Virus record (IMG/VR): IMGVR_UViG_3300027963_005443
From: a virus
DNA: 64,000 nucleotides
Direction: 5' to 3' (one strand)
Part shown: one piece after another, positions 59,197 through 64,000 of the stretch
Layout: every line of letters starts with the position of its first letter
Numbering within the stretch: the first letter of the stretch is position 1
Translations under genes and position numbers: made by a program
The notes under the pieces: generated by a model
What the model was told of the DNA's origin: nothing
Database searches by the model: none
Seen by the model: only the letters and a program-made list of their open reading frames with translations

Positions 59197-59867
59197 AGAT
59201 CATATTTTCTTTTCTCTCTGGAAATAACTTTGAGTTTTCCGATTCCCCGCTCAGTCATAACAACAAATCTCCAGCCTCTTCCTTGGCAGTAACTTTCACA
59301 TGCTGCCCATTTAGCATGATTTTTAGGCAGATCTGTTTGATTAGAGGGTTTGATCTCCCAGACTTCTTTGTGTCCATCTATAAAGTGGACTATTAAATCC
59401 GGGTTATAGGTGTGATGTTCTCCTTCAAATAAATATCCTACTTTGATTGGTTCAACTTCATAAGCCAGAACTTCTTCTATATGTTCTAATGATTCATATA
59501 CTTCGCACTCATATCCGCTCCTATAGTGCATTTCTTTTCCACCATTTTTCATACTGACCATATATCCTTCTCTGAATCTTGGTCGGGTGGTTTTTTTATC
59601 TCCATTTTTACTGAAGTCTCTCCATACAGTCGATCTCATTTGTGATGTTTTGGGAAGCACGTCTCTTGGATGATGTGCTTTAAAATGTGTTCTGACACAT
59701 CTGACCGGAAATCCGCACCGGTCCAATGGGCAGACAACAAAGTCTCTTCCCATTTCATGATTATCTAATATGTGAGACTTATAGGAGTCTAAGTCTTCGA
59801 ATGCCACTCCGCATACAAAGCAAACATATTTTCTTTTATTTAAATTTTGTCCGAATTCAAAAACCAT
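59193..59867 (-). CDS. TnsA-like/gp4 head-completion nuclease with N-terminal C2H2 zinc fingers
   Basis: YRSGYE, YNPDL, EIKP, KWAA; C-x2-C-x12-H-x4-H. Confidence 0.8.
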   Translation of the reverse strand: MVFEFGQNLNKRKYVCFVCGVAFEDLDSYKSHILDNHEMGRDFVVCPLDRCGFPVRCVRTHFKAHHPRDVLPKTSQMRSTVWRDFSKNGDKKTTRPRFREGYMVSMKNGGKEMHYRSGYECEVYESLEHIEEVLAYEVEPIKVGYLFEGEHHTYNPDLIVHFIDGHKEVWEIKPSNQTDLPKNHAKWAACESYCQGRGWRFVVMTERGIGKLKVISREKRKYDL

Positions 59868-59890
59868 TTTTATTTAATATATAAGATATA

Positions 59891-60259
59891 ATGTATTTAC
59901 TTAGTTTTAAACAATTTTTAGAGAGCACCCCAGATTATCTTCAAAATGGAATGGGAGATGAATTAGGAATGAGCTGGAATGATATAGTTAAAGTTCTTGA
60001 AAAAGAACCTTGGGTTGCTGCTGGGTTATCTTTTGGAAATAAATCTTATAAATTAGGAAGCTGGGAGATCGTTCCTGGAACATTAACACAACACGGAGCA
60101 AATATAAGACTTAAAAATAAATCAAGAAGTTATTTAAGTGATAAAAAATTAGATAAGAGTGATATAGATACTACCGAATATCATTTAACTCGAGAAGAGT
60201 TAATAAAGTTTTTAACGCAGGGCTGGACCCCAGCAATATCAGCAAGCGCCGGGATGTGA
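59891..60259 (+). CDS. Hypothetical protein with CTS-like N-terminus
   Basis: MYLLSFKQFLES. Confidence 0.75.
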   Translation: MYLLSFKQFLESTPDYLQNGMGDELGMSWNDIVKVLEKEPWVAAGLSFGNKSYKLGSWEIVPGTLTQHGANIRLKNKSRSYLSDKKLDKSDIDTTEYHLTREELIKFLTQGWTPAISASAGM

Positions 60260-60262
60260 AAT

Positions 60263-60463
60263 ATGGAATTTAAAGTTTGGCTTCAAAATGAAGAGGGAAC
60301 AACAACCGTAGCAGCAAGTGCTGCTCCTGCTGGAATGGGTTCTGCTACTACAACTGCTGATGTTGCTCATTATACTCTCCCTCTTTTTGCCAATGCTGTT
60401 CGCCGCACCAGTCTTTACCCAGTAAAAAGAAAGCAGCGTAGAAATAAACATTCGCTGAAGTAA
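60263..60463 (+). CDS. Small protein with CTS-like N-terminus and basic C-terminus
   Basis: MEFKVWLQNEE. Confidence 0.7.
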   Translation: MEFKVWLQNEEGTTTVAASAAPAGMGSATTTADVAHYTLPLFANAVRRTSLYPVKRKQRRNKHSLK

Positions 60464-60464
60464 C

Positions 60465-61031
60465 ATGACAAATTACTATGAGGATTCTGACGATCAGTTC
60501 ATAGACGATATCTTAAGTAATAAGCAATCTAAAAAAATAAATTCAAAAAGAAAAGGCAATAGAAATGAACTTGATCTTGCCAAAATATTTACTAAAAGAT
60601 TTAAAAAAGGGTTCTCCAGAAGCGTAGGTAGCGGAAATAGATGGAGCCAGACTGCATTTTTACCAAAGCACGCACAAAAAGTTTTCAGTTCAGATCTAGT
60701 TGTTCCTCTAAATTTTAAGTTTAGCCTAGAATCTAAAGGCGGTTACGATGGAATTGATTTAAACTCTATATTTTTGAGAGGAAATAGTGATTTAGATAAA
60801 TTTTTAACTCAGGCTTATAAAGATGCCAATAAATGTGATAAGAAACCATTGCTTGCATGGAAGAGAAGTAGAAAACCTTGGTTAGCTTTTGTTTTATCCA
60901 AAGATCTTGAAGAAGTCACTTTAGATTTTAAGTATAAATTAATTTATAATAAGTGGACCGCACTAGCATTAGAAGAATTTTTGAAATTAGAAGATAGTTA
61001 TTTTTTTGACGGTAAAATTGAAGAAGAATAA
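60465..61031 (+). CDS. PD-(D/E)XK nuclease, Holliday junction resolvase-like
   Basis: SKRKGNRNE, SDL, LESK. Confidence 0.72.
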   Translation: MTNYYEDSDDQFIDDILSNKQSKKINSKRKGNRNELDLAKIFTKRFKKGFSRSVGSGNRWSQTAFLPKHAQKVFSSDLVVPLNFKFSLESKGGYDGIDLNSIFLRGNSDLDKFLTQAYKDANKCDKKPLLAWKRSRKPWLAFVLSKDLEEVTLDFKYKLIYNKWTALALEEFLKLEDSYFFDGKIEEE

Positions 61032-61073
61032 TTTAGTTAATTCTCCATATATTGAAATATATACTGGTTAAAA

Positions 61074-61081
61074 ACTATATA
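61074..61081 (+). promoter_or_regulatory. Putative late promoter ACTATATA upstream of the collagen fibre gene
   Basis: 5 nt from ATG. Confidence 0.6.
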
Positions 61082-61086
61082 TTTTG

Positions 61087-64000
61087 ATGCCAAGAAAAAC
61101 ACTAATACAAATTAGAAGAGGGACAGATGCTGAGTGGTCCCTGACCAATCCCACACTAGGCTGGGGAGAGCCCGGATTTGAATGGAACACTAATAGGATA
61201 AAAATTGGTGACGGAGAAACTCTGTGGAATGATCTTCCCTATAGTTCGGGAACTTTATTAAAATTTACTGATTACTCGTCTCTTCCTGAAATTGGTTATG
61301 CGGGTAATTTTTATCTAACATTAGATAATTTTAGTTTATATATTTGGAATATTGACCAGTATAGTTTAATTACTAGTCAAAGCGTTCAAGGAGTAACTGG
61401 CTCTCAAGGAACTCAAGGACTGCAAGGTCCACAAGGAACAACTGGTATTCAAGGACTACAGGGAACTTCTGGATTGCAGGGAACACAAGGATTGGGATTT
61501 AATTGGAGGGGTGAGTGGGAGGACATACAATATACCTTGAATGATGTGGTTTCTTATAATAATGAATTATGGATAGCATTGCTTGAAGATGTTAATGGTC
61601 CAGTTCCTGGCCTCACGGTTATCGAGTGGGGATTATTTGTTCCACAAGGAGCACAAGGAACACAAGGAACAACTGGTAGTCAGGGAGTTGGTTTTAATTT
61701 TCGTGGACCATGGTCTGGTGATAGCACTTATTATCAAAATGATGTAGTTACATATAATGGATCTTCTTATATAGGAATATCTCTTGATCTTAGTAGTTAT
61801 GTAGGTTGTACGTCTTGCACTCCTACTGCAAGGGCAGACTTATGGAGCATAATTTCTGCTCAAGGAACTCAAGGCTTACAGGGAACTCAAGGTTTACAAG
61901 GATTGCAGGGTGTCACGGGAAACAAAGCGGGCCTTCAGTATAATTTCAATGCCGATACTTCTGGTGTTCTAGCTGATGCAACCATAAGATACAACAGTTC
62001 AACTTTGTCCTCTGTGACACAAATAGTTGTTAGCCATGTAGATGCAAATTCAGTAGAACAATACGACTTTTTCTACAACCTATTTGGCGGAACGTCAGCG
62101 AACAAGGGTTACATTTACATATCAGAAAACAATCCAAGTTCAACAGTATTCAATTCGTTCGCTGTGTCTGACATTGGTGATGCAAGTAATGGAGACATTG
62201 AACTTGCAGTGACCTATGTTGCCGGATCAACCTTGCCGGAAAATGGGAATCGCTTGGCTATTGTGGTTGGTAAAACCGGCGATCAAGGTTCGATTGTGGT
62301 TGGTGCAGCCGGTTCGCAAGGAGTTCAAGGAACAACCGGCGATCAAGGTTTGCAAGGAGTTCAAGGAACTCAAGGTTTGCAAGGAGTTCAAGGAACTCAA
62401 GGTTTACAAGGTTTACAAGGAACTCAAGGTTTACAAGGAACTCAAGGTTTACAAGGAACTCAAGGTTTACAAGGAACTCAAGGTTTACAAGGAACTCAAG
62501 GTTTACAAGGAACTCAAGGTTTACAAGGAACTCAAGGTTTACAAGGAACCCAAGGTTTACAAGGAACCCAAGGCTTACAAGGAACTCAAGGTTTACAAGG
62601 CACTCAAGGTATACAAGGTCGTCAAGGTATACAAGGTCGTCAAGGCGTTCAAGGAACACAAGGCACAGGCTTTTCTTGGAAGGGATCGTGGAGTGCCTAT
62701 TCCCAATATTTAATTAATGATGTGGTTCGATATAACGGAAGTTCATATGTAGCTACTGTAAATTTCACAGGTAACTGCCCCAGTGGTATAACTACTCCTG
62801 AAAATTGGTTTTGCTGTCCAGATAACATATATGCTGCGCCTACTGCTGGGCAATGTCCACCGATAGCTGGGTCATATTCTTCATTTGACCCAGTATCTTA
62901 CCCAGATGGTTGGTCACTTATGGCAAGCCAAGGAACTCAGGGCATACAAGGACGTCAAGGAACACAAGGAACTCAAGGTTTACAGGGAACTCAAGGAACT
63001 CAAGGAACTCAAGGAACTCAAGGTTTACAAGGAACAACTGGTAGTCAGGGAACTCAAGGAGTTCAAGGAACTCAAGGTTTACAAGGTTTACAAGGAACTC
63101 AAGGTTTACAAGGACTGCAAGGCTTACAAGGAACTCAAGGTTTACAAGGACTGCAAGGCTTACAAGGAACTCAAGGCTTACAAGGAACTCAAGGAACACA
63201 AGGAACTCAAGGAACACAAGGAACTCAAGGCTTACAAGGAACAACTGGTAGTCAAGGAACAACTGGTAGTCAAGGAACCCAAGGAACTCAAGGAACTCAA
63301 GGTTTACAAGGAACTCAAGGTTTACAAGGAACAACTGGTAGTCAGGGAACCCAAGGAACCCAAGGTTTACAAGGAACTCAGGGCACTCAAGGTATACAAG
63401 GTGTACAAGGAACCCAAGGTTTACAAGGAACTCAGGGCACTCAAGGTATACAAGGTGTACAAGGACTGCAAGGTTTACAAGGAACTCAAGGTTTACAAGG
63501 AACTCAAGGTTTACAAGGAACTCAAGGTTTACAAGGACTGCAAGGCTTACAAGGAACTCAAGGCTTACAAGGAACTCAAGGAACACAAGGAACTCAAGGA
63601 ACACAAGGAACTCAAGGTTTACAAGGAACAACTGGTAGTCAAGGAACAACTGGTAGTCAAGGAACCCAAGGAACTCAAGGAACTCAAGGTTTACAAGGAA
63701 CTCAAGGTTTACAAGGAACAACTGGTAGTCAGGGAACCCAAGGAACCCAAGGTTTACAAGGAACTCAGGGCACTCAAGGTATACAAGGTGTACAAGGAAC
63801 CCAAGGTTTACAAGGAACTCAGGGCACTCAAGGTATACAAGGTGTACAAGGACTGCAAGGTTTACAAGGAACTCAAGGTTTACAAGGAACTCAAGGTTTA
63901 CAAGGAACTCAAGGTTTACAAGGAACTCAAGGTTTACAAGGACTGCAAGGCTTACAAGGAACTCAAGGCTTACAAGGAACTCAAGGAACACAAGGAACTC
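61087..64000 (+). CDS. Collagen-like fibre protein (partial, runs off window end) with Mtd-like N-terminal domain and three CBM5/12-like modules
   Basis: Missed by track (no stop in window). Manual translation MPRKTLIQIRRGT...GEPGFE..KIGDG, then Gly-X-Gln repeats and W..Y..NDVV.YN modules; no stop found in frame. Confidence 0.92.
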   Translation, partial: MPRKTLIQIRRGTDAEWSLTNPTLGWGEPGFEWNTNRIKIGDGETLWNDLPYSSGTLLKFTDYSSLPEIGYAGNFYLTLDNFSLYIWNIDQYSLITSQSVQGVTGSQGTQGLQGPQGTTGIQGLQGTSGLQGTQGLGFNWRGEWEDIQYTLNDVVSYNNELWIALLEDVNGPVPGLTVIEWGLFVPQGAQGTQGTTGSQGVGFNFRGPWSGDSTYYQNDVVTYNGSSYIGISLDLSSYVGCTSCTPTARADLWSIISAQGTQGLQGTQGLQGLQGVTGNKAGLQYNFNADTSGVLADATIRYNSSTLSSVTQIVVSHVDANSVEQYDFFYNLFGGTSANKGYIYISENNPSSTVFNSFAVSDIGDASNGDIELAVTYVAGSTLPENGNRLAIVVGKTGDQGSIVVGAAGSQGVQGTTGDQGLQGVQGTQGLQGVQGTQGLQGLQGTQGLQGTQGLQGTQGLQGTQGLQGTQGLQGTQGLQGTQGLQGTQGLQGTQGLQGTQGLQGTQGIQGRQGIQGRQGVQGTQGTGFSWKGSWSAYSQYLINDVVRYNGSSYVATVNFTGNCPSGITTPENWFCCPDNIYAAPTAGQCPPIAGSYSSFDPVSYPDGWSLMASQGTQGIQGRQGTQGTQGLQGTQGTQGTQGTQGLQGTTGSQGTQGVQGTQGLQGLQGTQGLQGLQGLQGTQGLQGLQGLQGTQGLQGTQGTQGTQGTQGTQGLQGTTGSQGTTGSQGTQGTQGTQGLQGTQGLQGTTGSQGTQGTQGLQGTQGTQGIQGVQGTQGLQGTQGTQGIQGVQGLQGLQGTQGLQGTQGLQGTQGLQGLQGLQGTQGLQGTQGTQGTQGTQGTQGLQGTTGSQGTTGSQGTQGTQGTQGLQGTQGLQGTTGSQGTQGTQGLQGTQGTQGIQGVQGTQGLQGTQGTQGIQGVQGLQGLQGTQGLQGTQGLQGTQGLQGTQGLQGLQGLQGTQGLQGTQGTQGT
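62341..62660 (+). repeat. 9/18-nt tandem repeats encoding (GLQGTQ)n; 7 perfect GGTTTACAAGGAACTCAA units at 62410-62535
   Basis: Direct reading. Confidence 0.9.
62929..64000 (+). repeat. Collagen-coding 9-nt repeat array with about 387-nt higher-order duplication
   Basis: ACAACTGGTAGTCAAGGAACAACTGGTAGT recurs at 63241 and 63628. Confidence 0.85.

Noticed and set aside
2268-60466. Numerous 60-130 aa track ORFs antisense to or nested in larger genes
   Set aside because: Fully overlap well-supported genes, have F/L/S-biased antisense composition and show no start signals
62216-63991. Track ORFs 62216..62713(+), 62258..62659(-) and 62918..63991(-)
   Set aside because: Off-frame or antisense shadows of the stop-free collagen repeat; the real gene is the frame starting at 61087
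1-64000. Stop-codon reassignment (code 15 or 4) as seen in some jumbo phages
   Set aside because: Conserved genes are full length under the standard code, and TAG and TGA both end genes at tight junctions (e.g. 11891, 53808, 14882)
61087-64000. Diversity-generating retroelement suggested by the Mtd-like N-terminus
   Set aside because: No reverse transcriptase or TR/VR pair in the window; the Mtd_N-like domain is a common fibre anchor, and the C-terminus lies outside the window
62341-64000. CRISPR-like array
   Set aside because: Repeats are contiguous, codon-phased and lack unique spacers

Overview
AT-rich, densely coding 64-kb segment of a large T4-like (myovirus-type, probably jumbo) phage genome read with the standard genetic code. 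Recognisable T4-like modules: recombination and replication (gp46/gp47, Dda/RecD-like, UvsW, UvsX, gp32, UvsY, gp41/DnaB-like), head-tail junction and tail (gp13, gp14, gp15, gp18 sheath, two gp19 tubes, gp26/gp51-like hub proteins, gp4-like nuclease) and a gp55-like late sigma. It also carries a short family-A polymerase beside an AEP-type primase-like protein, a Hel308-like helicase, nucleotide metabolism genes (PyrG, class II RNR with an intein, dCMP deaminase, DUF5664), methyl-, acetyl- and glycosyl-transferases, two exported thioredoxins, a holin-like gene plus subtilase pair, a very Cys-rich 752-aa protein, and a collagen-like fibre gene (61087 to window end) that the ORF track missed. 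Most notable: (i) the RNR intein sits at the catalytic NPC Cys and ends in Arg-Arg instead of His-Asn; (ii) about 12 unrelated ORFs share an N-terminal peptide resembling the T4 capsid-targeting sequence; (iii) an ACTATATA/TATATA motif lies just upstream of many start codons, including in tiny gaps between divergent genes; (iv) Cys-rich putative virion proteins co-occur with exported CxxC oxidoreductases; (v) a holin-like gene is coupled to a signal-less protease rather than an endolysin. No tRNA, rRNA or CRISPR array was seen. All family assignments come from visual motif recognition; no database search was run.
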